NCBI GenBank assembly: GCA_964016885.1
Contig: OZ024740.1
Span: forward strand, 345,154,001 to 345,218,000
Source: Eledone cirrhosa
Taxonomy: Eukaryota
Direction: 5' to 3'
Length of the DNA stretch: 64,000 nucleotides
Shown here: positions 1 to 14,753 of the stretch, piece after piece
Numbering within the stretch: the first letter of the stretch is position 1
How the letters are laid out: every line of letters begins with the position of its first letter
Translations under genes and position numbers: made by a program
Notes under the pieces: model-generated
What the model saw: only the letters and a program-made list of their open reading frames with translations
Databases searched by the model: none
What the model was told of the DNA's origin: nothing

Positions 1-1539
1 ACTAAAATATTACTGAAATATTGCTCAAGTTAATACCCTCATTACATTTACGATGTATGCATCTGTATCATTTCTATACATGCTCGTTTCGTATTGTTAC
101 TGTTAAATTGATTTCGGCTCAGTTATGCCTGTGATTATATGTAGGCTTGTCAGCCGATAATATTGTGGTCCATTGTTTCATTATGTTGTTTATACAGTCT
201 GTACTTAATATTTTCATTATTTCAATAATGAATAATTACAAATCCCAATTTTGTAATTATTTGCAGCATGATTATTGTTCTCTTTAGAAATGTGCTTCTA
301 CATTTATCTCATATAGTAGGGCTATATTTGAAGGCACGGCAGAATCTGATTGGGAGAATCAAAATGATTTCTGGTATTTAGTTGAATCCCATTACCTTCT
401 CTGTTAAAATCCCACTGGGGCTGATTTAGTCTTTTATTGTTACGGTTTCGATGAAACAAATTCCTGAATTATACAGAAAGTGATTAAATAAAATATCATC
501 GCTCACCTGAAAGATGAAATGATCTTTACCCATCTTAGGAATACTTACAATTATCTCTTAGAGTTACTATGAATAGTAGAATATGTCAAATTGGCAGCAT
601 TGGAATAGCATTTGGACTGAATGTTTTGCAGTGTGAATTCTGGCTCTCTGCACCACCGACGCCAGCCTGATACTTCATATTAACGACAGCCCTTAGGAAG
701 CGATGATCGAAGTGGCCGAAATTCTTGGATGGATCTACTTTGATCAGAGCCCCTTTGAATCCAAATGTATTGCTGGTCAGAACAATGATGTATTATGTGA
801 GGTGGATTTCGTGATTAAATCTGCCAGGTATCGCTGACTGCCCATGTCGTCAACTAAACCACAGAGGATAAGCATGATCCTCTTAAGGAGTATTTTTATT
901 AAGTCTGTTGAGCATTGGTATGGGTCTGGAGTTGTTTATTTTGTTCCCTTTATCCTTGTTATTGTTATTGAGGCACATAACTTGCTAGTTATATATAAAC
1001 ACATATTTACATTTACGAATCAACGTACAATTTCCATATATTTGTAATTTGAGTTGTTTATACACCTGTCCATATCCATGTGTGTATATTTCTACATTAT
1101 ATATATATGATTAAAAGTAAACGTAAATTTACCGAAATAATCTCCGAAATACAATGAAATATTTGCCAACTAGCTAATATTTTTATAGACTATTTAATTT
1201 CCTTTTTCAATACTCAATAATCGAAAAAAATGTGATGGTTTATATATCTGTCGATATCATCTGAATAATGAAAACATATTTCAACGTTCATCTATCCACG
1301 TCTCCAGTAAATTACTATAAAATATGTAGTAAATATCTCATTCAAAATATCTCTTAATTTTACGCAGGTACAAAGAATATTTTACATGAATATTTTTTAT
1401 TGTAACTATACATCCATCAATCCACCCATCGATCCATTCGTACATACATACATATATACATATATACATATATACATAGATACATGCATAGTTGCATGCA
1501 TGCCTAAATACATACATACACATACATACATATATGCAT

Positions 1540-1900
1540 GCATACATACATACATACATACATACATACATACATACATACATACATACATACATACATA
1601 CATACGTGCATACATCCTGATTACTACTTCTTTTCAGAAGAGTGCCATCTCTTCATTGAACATTGCACGCAGGTGCATTTTCAGACCCGCCTTAATTTTG
1701 CAGATACGTTCACAGCTGTGACATTGAACTGTCTGTTTCCTGGAAATGCCAGCTGGGGTGTGTCTTCATGCATTTTACCATATCTGGTCAGTCTCCGAAT
1801 TAACTTGAAAATTGAGCCACGCTCACTGCATATATATAGTGGAGTGTTTGGCGGTAGAACCATCTCACAGCGTGATTTCTCCTTGGCTCATGTGATTTCA
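1540..1900 (-). mobile_element. 3' remnant of an RTE-like LINE with a (TATG)n tail
   Basis: Minus frame VQCHSCERICKIKAGLKMHLRAMFNEEMALF* matches the C-terminal CxxC..GL..H zinc-finger-like motif of RTE ORFs, followed by a short UTR and (ATGT)n. Confidence 0.55.
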
Positions 1901-2980
1901 TATCGTTAACAAAACCAGCTCTTGTTAGAAGAAATCGGCTGCATACATTGCACCCCGATTCCTATTGGATTTTCGCATGCAATTGAGTCCCGCTTACGAA
2001 GTGAACGCTTCAAAAAAGTTTTCAAAATAATATACATACATACATACATACAGAGAATTCAGATTTATTTTTCGTAGTATGCAAATTTTGTTTGTTTGTT
2101 TGCTTTTTGCACCCAGAAAACATGACCATATGTGTGAGCTCTCTTTCCTAGCCATGGAGCAAGCTTTAAGTCATTGGTAGAGAGTTTATGTTACAAAATA
2201 TATTTAAAGTTATTTTGTTAGATTTCAGAAAATAGCATCATAATATGCATATATATGAATATGTCTATTGTTGAACCTCTTCTTAAGCAGAACTCTGGAA
2301 AAAATCATTCTTTCTCACCGTACTTCTTTCATATATATATATAATTTAGCGAGACACTATGTACACTTTCCCATATTTCATTCGTTGTAATATGACAAGT
2401 GGTTCTGATATGTGTAAGCTTTTATTGCTACACCATGTAAGTAGTTATTTGTTCATTAAATGACTATTATTTTTTTTTTTTTTTGCTTTAATTCCGTTGA
2501 TAAGTATTCGAGATGTTTCACTATTAACGCTAGATTTGGTTGGAAAATGTAGAGCAAAAAATATCAGAACGAAACTCATTGATTAATCAAATTGCCGTTA
2601 ACAAAAAAAAAAATCGCATGAGATAAAGGTGGTATATGCTGGAAGAGAATCCAGTGATTAGAAATAAACTAAAGAAAAGTGAATATAAATTAAAAAAAAA
2701 AAAATGAGAGATAGAGAGAAAAGCGGACATGAAGGAAAACAATGAAGCATAGGAAATTGGCACAAAGTTGTATGGAAGAAATAATAATAAGCGATGGCGT
2801 ATGGTAGAAAATTATGCTAATATAGGAATACAGGTATGTAAATAAACCGTAAATGCATAAGAACATGAATGAAATTTAATTTAAAATCAATAATAAGATT
2901 AGATGGAAACGATTAGAAGGTGTAAATGAAAGAAAAAAATGAAATAATTTGAAGAGAAATAGGAAATAGATGCAAAATAT

Positions 2981-3009
2981 GACATGTGAAATGGCTGGTC
3001 TATGTATAT

Positions 3010-3053
<44 letters not shown>

Positions 3054-3124
3054 CATGTGAAATGGCTGGTCTATGTATATGGGTGTGTGTGTGTGTGTGT
3101 GTAACATGTGAAATGGCTGGTCTA

Positions 3125-3180
<56 letters not shown>

Positions 3181-3255
3181 TGTAACATGTGAAATGGCTG
3201 GTCTATGTATATGTGTGTGTGTGTGTGTGTGTGACATGTGAAATGTCTGGTCCAT
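2981..3255. repeat. Compound minisatellite: ~30-bp unit plus variable (GT)n, 5 copies (last truncated)
   Basis: ACATGTGAAATGGCTGGTCTATGTATAT at ~2982, 3052, 3104 and 3185, and a partial copy at 3234, separated by GT runs of different lengths. Confidence 0.9.
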
Positions 3256-6200
3256 ACAGGGTCGTCAACTTGCAGAGGTAAACATGAAAATTATAAGCAT
3301 TTCTGTACGAAAACGCCTTCCAAAATAGCAATAAACTATCCTATTATCGAATCAAATATCAAAGAGAAAATCGACTATTTAAAGATAGAAACTTCGTCAA
3401 CATAGGGGAAATCGGCAGAATTTTGAATCATTTAATTATTTCATGTGAATTATGAAGCCGCTTTAAAAGCTTGATTCTTAGACGGCGTTTACAAAGATAG
3501 TTTCAAAATAATTATCCACTTTAAGACAGCTTCGTGTTTTAGAATTTGTTGTGAAACTGTTGGTACTAGATTCCTTCAGGTATCAAATGAGCTTGTATAA
3601 TCTGGTAGTGGCCAATTTTTCTGGTAGCTCAAGGGAGTATGATTGAGGGTAAAGCAATATTTTGAATTTATTCTCTCACCGAGAATGAGATTTATAACCA
3701 TTACTGGTGTAGATCTGCACATTTTAGCGATAACGTAATTCCTTCTGAATAACATTTCCTCAACAGTAACACATTTTAGGATATAGGCAATTACAGGTAG
3801 GGGAAAGGTTTGAGAAATGTTTTTTTTTATTAACGGAAACGACAGATTCTATGTCTCAGGCAACGCAAATGGCCATGAATAAGAGAGACGTAAAACTATT
3901 GTTAGAAAAACCTGCTTGAAAATTCCAGTTTACAAAAATCCTAGTGCAATTCATAGGGTTTGACTTGTGAATACTGAAAATGTTTTACCGAAATTTCAAC
4001 GAAAATGCAACGATGAACTATTACATATCAAGAAGTATACAAACGAAAGTAGGTAAATGCATCTCTTTTTTTTCCCTTCGATGAAGATACGTTCATGATC
4101 GCTTTTTATCAATATATCCAAGGGTTGATCAGATAAATTCTATATATTGGAAACCCGAAACTCCAAAATATAAACACCTATTTAGAAACATCCTATGCGT
4201 CGATCTGACCTATAGCTTACGTTTTTAGATGAAACATCATCACATAATTTCTAAACCTTCTTTTCAATTCCCGATGTATTAGGGGCTTCATAATCTCTTT
4301 TTAACTGTGGCCTAATTAAAGTCAACTCATGTTAATGAAAGATATTTAACTGCTCTATTAAGCAATATATTTAACTGCTCTATTAAGCAATATATTTTAT
4401 GAAAACTACACCCCAATAATCTTGTGTTTCATTCTACCAGCATTTCCATTCATCGTGGCAATTGAGGAACCAACTGGATTTGTCTTGTGAACGAATTAGG
4501 TTATCTTCCAAATGCTTGCAAATATTACACCGGATTAATGGAAAATTTATTCTAGATGTTTCAACATTAATGTAAGTGCCTAAAAATGTTTCTCAACTAG
4601 TTTATCTAAGTTCCTTTGATTCTTGAAGAATCTGAACCAGCTGCAATCAAAATAATTTCGGGATTTCTATAGAGCAGTCGAAATATTTCATTTGGCTATA
4701 CGTTGTAGTTTTCGATTAAGCGAAAAACATTTCATCCTATGTAAAGACACAAAATGAATGATCTCAGCCTTTAAATTTCTGTATGCATACGATTAAATAT
4801 TTGCAGTATATCTGCGTATCTTCTAATGGCTCATTTCTTCGATGTTTTTCTTTGCCCTGTAAGAACGTATACGATCTTTTCCTTATTCCAACAGAAATTA
4901 AACTCAAATTAAATTCCATTTTATCGAGTAATTTAATTTCCTTATGTGAAAAACATTTTTTCAAATAATTGTTTTAATTTTGTTTACGTCTACTAAGGTT
5001 TTCATTTCAAGTTTCCTTTAATTGTAACTTTAACTTCATTTTAATTTCATCAGCTTTCCTCACAAGGTTAATATATATCTTCAATATTCTTCAGAGTAAT
5101 TTTCGTTTCTTTACACAGAAACCTTTCCATATTTTCGTTGCTCTATATTTATTTTTCTCACATTCCTTTAATTTCTTTTTTTATCAATATATTCATTCCA
5201 CACATACATAACAGTTTATATCCTTGTATATATTTTATTGCTATTTAATTGTTTTTGTTTTTATTTTATGGTCATATAATCACCTAATTATATTCTGTAA
5301 CAATTTTTATGCTATGACTTCTCCGATTATTTTGTCTTCATATTCTGATGATTGTAGAATATAACTTTATTAATTTTCTAGTGTAATATTTTCCTTAGTT
5401 TTCCGATCTTCGGACACAAGAAACGTGGGGTAATGATCTGTACATTTCCTGCTATATCAATCAAGTTTGTTATAGAATATCTCTTTTTACGTTGCATTTA
5501 TACTCTCCAAACATTTTCTATATACCCACATGTGGCTGATAGCCTTATGTTTTGTGTTACAAAGGGCGTCTATCAATTTTACACACCCACATACAAAATA
5601 CATTTTGCAAAGCAAAACGTACCGGTAGATTTGCAGCGATGTAAATTATGGACGTTTCCTTCATAATGAGTATGAAAAGTTGATTAAATTTATTTTTTCA
5701 ATTGTATAATCTAATGTCATAGTACTAAATAATTAATTGTATCTTGTCAATGAGCGAGTACATTGCTGCCCCACTAATATTAGTCATCATGCCCTCTGTG
5801 AAATACTTATGCATCTTGCTACCGATTACATATACTACTAGAGTTGCCTCCATGTTGTGGTTGCATATCTTCGAAATATAATTTCATCCAGTTCGATAAA
5901 ATATGCCTATTTATCGTATCATTGCTCTACTCCAAGCAGTTTTACAACGTTACACTTTATAATTGTTAACATTATACAATAGGTCACACAAAACTTTTAT
6001 TAAAACCAACTGATGTCAGTCATAATGGTTTTTGGCGAATCTTAGCCAAGTAGAGATGTCCAATTTTCGCATGATCTCTCTCTCTCTTTCTATCTCTATC
6101 TCTCTCTCCCTCTCTCTCTTTCTCTCCACCCTATCTCTCTATCACTCTCTCCCTCTCTCTCTATGTATTTCTCTTTCTCTCTATTTCTCTCAGTCTACCA

Positions 6201-6412
6201 CCTCTGACACATACTGTCTTCCACTTTCTCTTTTTTGTTTGTTTACATAAACAACATTTTAAGTGAATCTACAATAATTAACTATAAGAAGTATTTCAGG
6301 TATACACATACATTCACGCATGCGCATACACATGCACACACGCACACATACCTACATACATACACTCTCACTCTCTCATACACATTCACATACAAACACA
6401 CATACATGTGTG

Positions 6413-6475
<63 letters not shown>

Positions 6476-7209
6476 GAGCGAAAGACTATATTTATATATT
6501 TAACACAGAATGAAAAAATAATATCAAAGTTGTCAATATGTTTTACGTAATAAATATAAAACAAATATTGAAGTAAATAAATAAATGATTTTTAAAAAAC
6601 GTAAAAAAAAAAAAAACCGAAATAAAATCAAATTGGAATGATATTTTATACATCACGAATATTTATTTATTTATATTCATTTTCATATTTTTATACACAA
6701 TGTTTCTTGTGATATAATTTTTTTTATAGATTTTTCACATACATACATTATTTTTATTAAGATTATCACAAGTTGTGGAAATAAAATATAACCTGTAAAT
6801 CAAATAACTTTCTGGTTCAAAGTTTTTTCTTCTTTTTATATATTTATATATGAGGATGATAGTGATGATGTTTATTTTATAACTGTTATTTTCGATGACT
6901 TGTGTGGTGTTGGTGCGATGATGTTCATTATTATAATTTCTGTATTTATTTATTTATTATTATTTGTTGTTGATTTTTTTTCTGTTCTTATTGAATGTTT
7001 ATGCTGATTTATCATTGTAGAATGTACCATAATGCATTAAGATTTTATGCTGCATTTTTTCATTGACCAAAATAAGTATGTATATATATATATACATATA
7101 TGTATATATATATATTTATGTATGTGTGCGTGTGTGTGTGCCTGTGTGTGTGTGCCTGTGTGTGTGTGTCTTATTGTGTGAAACTTCGGTATAGGCTTAC
7201 AAAATAGAG

Positions 7210-7243
7210 TAATCAATTGTGCAAGGCGTACAGCGTATATATA

Positions 7244-7286
<43 letters not shown>

Positions 7287-7311
7287 GCTGTACGCCTTGC
7301 ACAATTGATTA
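7210..7311. repeat. Perfect inverted repeat (26-bp arms) around a (TA)n loop
   Basis: TAATCAATTGTGCAAGGCGTACAGCG ... CGCTGTACGCCTTGCACAATTGATTA. Confidence 0.92.
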
Positions 7312-7315
7312 TATA

Positions 7316-7397
<82 letters not shown>

Positions 7398-7604
7398 CAT
7401 ACATATATATATCTTACAAAGGTGAGTTCTATATTCTCTATGTCAAAAAGTAACACATAATAATACACATACACACACACACACAGTCAGAAGAGGATTT
7501 ATACACTTAATTTTCTAATGTTAAATAGATGATTCGACTTAAATAATAAACACAGATATTCACACACAAAAGAGACGATTGAAACGGAAAACTTTAATAT
7601 ATAG

Positions 7605-7669
<65 letters not shown>

Positions 7670-7794
7670 TTATTGTTTCTGAGATATATGCCGAGTGTCT
7701 TCCCGACACCTAGGGCAAATAAATTCACAGTGTGCATTGGTAAGCCAGGTAATACAGCACATTGATTATACGCATGTGCATATGCATATGCATA

Positions 7795-7851
<57 letters not shown>

Positions 7852-8339
7852 GTTGTTGTTGTTGTTGTTTAAACAAACATTGTGTGTGAAGTTCGAACAT
7901 TCGAACTTACGAAGCGCTGAGAAAATATAATCATAGAAAATCTAGGATGCTCAAACGCAGAAAATAACTGCAATTACTGTAAGTTTATGAATTTCAGATT
8001 AAAACACTTAGAGACGGAAAAAGATGTTCGACACAACCGCTATGAAAATTCAAACTCCGTATCTCTATGATACCGACTGAGTGCTCTCAGCAGTGAGCTA
8101 ATTGAACTTAGCTCAATAATAATTGTTTTGTTAGCGAAACAGGGCTGACATTAAGGAAACATTTTAAAGCGGTACAGGACGAAACAGTGTGGGGAATGTT
8201 GTGTAGTCGGTACCTGAGTGGTACTAAGTTCGATAGTATAGCGGCTGACAACATTTTTTCCGTCTCTAAGCTATCTTATAGAAACTGACAATAATTTCAA
8301 TTATTTTCTGCCTTTGAGCGTCCTCCATCTTCGATGATT

Positions 8340-8509
8340 TATTATTATTATTATTATTACAGTTGCATTTATCTTGCTTTATGTTCATACGAGATATCAC
8401 CAAGTCACAACCAGTGACCTCAAGAGACAACAAGGTCCGCCATGTTCAAGAAAGAACATACATACACACACACATGCATCTTTAGGTGTTTAGACTTGTG
8501 ATGTACTTA

Positions 8510-8547
<38 letters not shown>
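8340..8547 (-). mobile_element. Short putative 3' end of a non-LTR element with a (TAA)n tail
   Basis: Unique ~150-bp segment bracketed by (TTA)n on both sides; the minus strand ends ...GATAAATGCAACTG(TAA)n, the same layout as the Dong copies. No coding motif recognised. Confidence 0.3.
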
Positions 8548-8548
<1 letters not shown>

Positions 8549-9308
8549 GAAAGAGCACACAAATTATGCAAATTATGGCATCTAAGTATCATTAGTGTAA
8601 ATTACATGCAAATATATGAAGATGTGCATGTATGCGGACAAATGTGGGTGATTGCTTGTGTATGTTTAAACAATGTATTGAAATTAGGGTTTGTATGCAT
8701 ATCATACTATCAATGTACTTAAATGTATACTCACACACACAGACACACAGAGACACACTCACACACACGCGCACGCACACACGCACAAACACACACATAT
8801 ATATGTGTGTGCATCCTTGCGTATATATATGGGTATGTATCGAGATATATATGTATTTGCACATTAACACATACATATATATGTGTACAGAAACATGTGC
8901 ACCTATGTCTTTTCATCCCTCTTACTTTGATATGATGAGAGTATTAATGTTTTCTTTCTTATTTAATTTACATATTTATTGGATGCACTTGTTAATTAAT
9001 AATAGGGAAATTAAAGAATTGACTAATTACATATTTAGTTGCTGCGTTGAATCAGTTAGTGATGTTTTTGTTATAGAGATTGTTACGTAATTGTATATTG
9101 GTTTCAAACATGTGACATTATTTTTAGGCTGGAATACAATATTGCTCTGTTATTGCTAATTGTACTGTTTTATAATGTTCTGTGTTTTGTTCTTTTTTGT
9201 ATTTCTTTTTGTAATGTGTATTTACATATGTGCTTGTGTATGGGAGGGGTATTTATTATAATTACATTTTGATGTTTGATAATGTTAAATCTGTGAGTGA
9301 TCCCAATG

Positions 9309-9499
9309 TTAGGCCGTGGGAGCATAAGAGTGATTATGAAGGAACATACCGCCGGGATGTAAAGATTGTTCTAGGCTAATCGGTGGGGTTCCTTGTGACG
9401 TTGGCGGAAGGAAGTTTATGTTACCGGGGCCTTCTTGTCCTTGACCAGGGAAGAATTCGTTGTAGGCTTGATAACCAGGATAGAAATCCTGTCCATTAT
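9309..9499 (-). CDS. Lhx1: Lhx1/5 downstream coding exon (C-terminal region)
   Basis: Acceptor TTTTCATTTTAG|AT joins the phase-1 G of the upstream exon to give GAT (Asp). Reads DNGQDFYPGYQAYNEFFPGQGQEGPGNINFLPPTSQGTPPISLEQSLHPGG(MFLHNHSYAPTA*), which resembles vertebrate Lhx1 DYQSEYYGPG..YDFFPQGPP...GTP..LEH. The exon may instead end at the internal donor G|GTATGT at 9350. Confidence 0.8.
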
Positions 9500-10156
9500 C
9501 TAAAATGAAAATATAGATACATTTATAGAGAATTATATATTGAAATACAAATGAAGATTGAAAACATAGAAACAAGTCAAGATGAAGATTAAGATGAAGG
9601 TTAAAAATAACAACTGTGGATGTTTAGCAATATGGCACATGGAATAATAGCGTATAACACTTGTGAGAGACAAGAGCACTCAATGCCTCATTTCGTTAGT
9701 TAAAGTTAGTTAATATACACAAATAACATATTTTATCTGTCATATATATATATTTGAAATATTCATGATCATGTGTACGTATATTCCTTTGATAAGACAT
9801 GTATGTACAAATGGGCAAACATTTACATCTGAATTCAAGAATGAGATTCTTCGGTATTCATGAGTATTATTATCTTGTGAGAATTTCATCTAGATAGACG
9901 CAGATACGTGAAAAGTTTAAAATATTCGCGTCAAAATATGTTCACTCAATGAGAGGTTTTCACTATCACATATATAATAATGATTATTTACTTAATGGAC
10001 AACTTCAATGCACTCATTTATGGGAATACATGTATATACTATATAAACTGTATATGCAGAAATATGCCAAAGGTGAATTGTAACCATAATTCACAGACGT
10101 ACGTGCATTAAATTACATATATCTATAACTGGCAGAAAGTTTATATATAAGTAAAT

Positions 10157-10218
<62 letters not shown>

Positions 10219-10443
10219 GTGTAAACATGCATACGTACTTACATATTTATAGCATATCGAATACCATGTACAGACGCACAATCATACAGAGAGCATTAAT
10301 GAATACATAAAGTTTGAAAAATACGGATATAATTTTATGCACACACTGGGTCGCAGTCACTTAACCGGAAAATTCACATGGATATATATATATATATGTC
10401 TGTGTGTGTGTGTATACGCACACACACACACACACGCATGCAT

Positions 10444-10522
<79 letters not shown>

Positions 10523-11183
10523 TCATATAGTTGCAGGAAAGTATATTCCTTAAAAGACCATGATCACCGTCCTGCCAACTTACTTAATCATTGCGTCTCT
10601 TGTTCAATCTTCCTTTTAAAAATAAAACTCAAGCAAAATAGAGTACACGAAACAAGAGGGGAGATACAACATTTGAATATACTTTCTAAAAATCGATAAC
10701 AAACTCATTAGACCCCTGCTTGGTAGAATACACCGTATTTGCGTGTTTACCTAATGGTGAATACAGAAATATTATACCATATATATCTTTTTTATATACA
10801 CTTAGTATTACATTAACATACGCATACGCATCCATAAGACTACAAACGTACATAAACACACTCACGCACACGCACACATATGTAAGTATATATATATATC
10901 GGTGTGTGTGTGCGTGTGTGTATATAGACTTTAGTGTGTATGTGTTGTGTATTTGTATGTATATTAGCGTGTGAGTACCTGTGCCTAGATATATGTATGA
11001 CCGTAGTTGTAATTATAAATGAGAGCGTTAGAGACAAGATGAGAAGAAGAGTAAGAACAACAGACAAACACGCATTTCGTTACATTTAACAATCTACATT
11101 TTATATGAAAATCCATCTCTCCAAGAAGGCTAGTGATTAAACATTTCACAAATTCATAAAGGTTAATTAGCAAGTGTGTTGCT

Positions 11184-11255
<72 letters not shown>

Positions 11256-11435
11256 GATAAATCTACCAAAATATACGGTAGTGTCCAATCCGTATGAAGA
11301 ACTCAATGTAATCCAAATATCATGAAAAGAGAAGATGCATTCAAAAATGTTTCGATGAAAACCACAGGGAAACAGAGTCAAGATAAATTAATAAAAACAA
11401 TGAATAAAAACAAAGAACAAGTTCCTTATATTAAA

Positions 11436-11477
<42 letters not shown>

Positions 11478-11502
11478 ATGTGTGTGTGTGTGTGTGTGTA
11501 TG

Positions 11503-11598
11503 TATATACATACTACTGTGCGTCTGTATACATATATCTATACTTATATTTAAGTATCAGCCCTACTAAGAGTGAGAAATGAAATTTCATTTTTTCCA
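11503..11598. mobile_element. Diverged terminal fragment of the TA-embedded fold-back element family
   Basis: TATATACATACTACTGT..CTGTATACATATAT..CTTATATTTAAGTA.CAGCC.TACTAAGAGTG.GAAATGAAATTTCATTTTTTCC matches 21745-21858, 22135-22252 and, in reverse, 56531-56650. Confidence 0.7.
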
Positions 11599-11651
11599 TA
11601 TATATATATATATATAGATAGATTTATATACATATATATATATATATATAA

Positions 11652-11735
<84 letters not shown>

Positions 11736-12237
11736 GTGTGTATATATATATATATATATACGTAGAAGCAACGCACTTGTTGTTTAATAATCTTTGTATG
11801 TAGTAATGTACATGTTTATTGCTCAACATAACTAATATTATTTCCTTATTCCGATAACAGGATATGGAATCTTTGCTAAACAGAGAATGAATCCTTGTGA
11901 TATTTAAGTATTTCTGAAAAACCAAGAACTACGAATATTCTTAAAATTCCACTACAATGATTGTAATTTTCTACTTATATATATATATTTATTAAAGTCC
12001 ACACACACACAAACACATATATATATGCGTATATATATGTGTGCGTGTGCGTGCGTCTGTGTGTTTACTTATATATATATATATATATATGTATGCGTGT
12101 GATTTTGTTGTAATAATCAACATATACGTATATAAGTATATACGTAATAGTATGTAAGTATATCTAAGTAAATATTTTCTCAAGCAAACGTAATATAGAG
12201 CAAGCAATTGATTTCCATATGCCTGCGTATTGTGTGT

Positions 12238-12289
<52 letters not shown>

Positions 12290-12830
12290 GTTTTCTGTCT
12301 GATTGTCAGTATGCATTTATATATATGTAAATATATACTTCTCTACTTATGTAGTTAAGGTGATGTATTTAATATTGTATTTGAATTTTATATTTCCCAA
12401 TATGAAATTAACTTGAAAACTCGAGTAATACATAGTCCACGATAATATACCATATGTGTAACATAATATAATGTTGTCTCACTTAAGCACACAGTTCAAA
12501 ATACCATCCACTCCGGACTGTAGAGTGCCCAGCTTTTGTAATGCAAGCATTCATTACATTTCATTCACCAATTAAGAGATTCTGTAATACGATTTTCATG
12601 TATAATATAAGGACTTCTATCATAGAGATAAGAACATAAATTAATTACCGATTGCAAAAGATGTAATCTATCTAAGCGGCTAGGTTTTGAACGCAAGTCA
12701 CAGGATTTGCTTTGAATATAATAACACTCAAGTAATTTTCTCGTCCACCACTTAGCTACTTCTGCACCCCATATATAATAGAATATAATATGATACTGCA
12801 TAATAATATAGTATATTATGATGTATATTA

Positions 12831-12957
12831 TAATTGTTTCTACTTTTGGCACAAGGCCAGCAATTACAGAGTATATTACTGGTACTTTATTTTATCGACC
12901 CCATAAGGATGAAAGGCAAAGTTAACCTCGGCGGCATTTGAACACAGATCATAAAGA
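12831..12957 (-). mobile_element. tRNA-derived SINE copy (3' part)
   Basis: Reverse complement of the family core CTTTGCCTTTCATCC..GGGGTCGATAAAATAAAGTACCAGT..TGCTGGCCTTGTGCC. Confidence 0.8.
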
Positions 12958-13482
12958 TCATATATGATGTATAATATAATGTAATATAATATAATACAAT
13001 ATTAATGGAAATACTTATCTCCTAACCCCACTCAGAATCGAAATAAAGTTAACTGAATACAGCAAACCTACATAACCATGAACCAAATACAATTACGTAG
13101 CTACATGAAATACAATTACGTAGCTACAAATACGGCGGTTAACACAATTAATTAAATGTACATTTGAAAAGGTAAACAATCCTATACTCTTTCTATTTTA
13201 ACCTTATCTATACTAGCACTACACCAAACTAATCTTATCAACAGAGAAGACCTTTGTTTGAGAGACCTTTCGACGCGAATCTTAGTCCACACGGTATCAG
13301 AGGCATGATACTATAATATAATAGTAAATATATAATATTTACTATCACAACACAGTAACAGAATAATAGTAAACGTAAAATATATCACATTATATTTGTG
13401 TGTATATATATATACATACATATATATATACGTATATATATTTATATATATATATATATCATGTATATATATATATATACAT

Positions 13483-13536
<54 letters not shown>

Positions 13537-14753
13537 CTATATATATATATATATCATATGTATATATATATATATATATGTATATATGCATATATATATA
13601 TATACATACATATGTGTTTATATATATATATGCAATAATGCAATACCAATAGAGAAACCTATCTTCTCTAGAACAAATGATACATTTGCGAAATATGCCT
13701 TTTGATGTCATGTTAATGAAACGGGTTCTATAGTGATTGCAAGAGAAATGGCAATATTCCCAGACATGTGATGTAAGATAAAGTCAGTTGCATTAAGTAC
13801 ACATGGATATTAACATAACGGTATGATCATAGAAAGTTAGAATTATAAAGATAGAAAATAAGATAGAAAGGAAGGCACACAGAATGGATAAATAAGTGAA
13901 GAAAAAGAAAGAAGTAAGAAGAAAAGAATACATAGTGAGAGTAAAAAGAAAGAAATGTAATGAGAGGAAGAATGAGCGAAATGAAAACATAAAAAGGGGG
14001 GGTGGAGCACATGAAACAAAAAAAAATCAAGCAAAACATACATGCTGAAGAAAGACATACATTCGTTAAGAAAGAAAGAATTAGTGGGAAAGAACTAAAA
14101 ACATATACATGAAGACGGAAAGAGAGAAAGCAAGAAATGGATTCGATAAAGAAAAGTGAAAGAAGAAAAAAAGGAAGAAAGTATAAATAAAGGAACGAAA
14201 CAAACAAAAAGGGAGAATGATAAGACAAAAAGACAGAGGAAGTAAAGTAAAAGAATAAACGAATAAAGGAATAAGAGATTGTGAATAAAGTATTTAATAT
14301 GAAATGAATGACAGATTCATTTAATAATATCTCAGTCCTGAATGTTATGTCATAAAGTGCAAAATGAAAAATTAAATGTGTTTTTAATCGTGTTTTATCC
14401 TATTTTAAAACCAAACCATAGATCCATACATTTTAGTGGTGTGTGTATACTTGACGTATTCTATAATGCAGCTACTTAATATTATCTACCTCGGTTGAAT
14501 ATAGTGCAGATCGTATTTGATCTAGAAACTTAATGAGGCGTAAATCAAAACTGCATCATCAAGATGTTTTATTCATCGCTCACACATTCGTAATTTAATA
14601 CGAAAGTTTATTTTTCTCCTTAGGATGAGCATTTTGCAAAATGATGTGAAACAACAGTGGAAGGGAGACGAGAATAATCGATTAAATCGATATCACTGTT
14701 TGAATAGTAATCGGAGTCAATATTTAAGTGGTGCATTATATTATCAACTCTAG

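Noticed and set aside
640-890. Possible LINE endonuclease remnant on the minus strand (YIIVL...FDHRFLRAVV)
   Set aside because: Only a weak resemblance to the APE DY/SDH motifs; too degraded to support.
2981-3255. CRISPR-like repeat-spacer appearance
   Set aside because: Spacers are (GT)n rather than unique sequence, the context is eukaryotic, and no cas genes are present.
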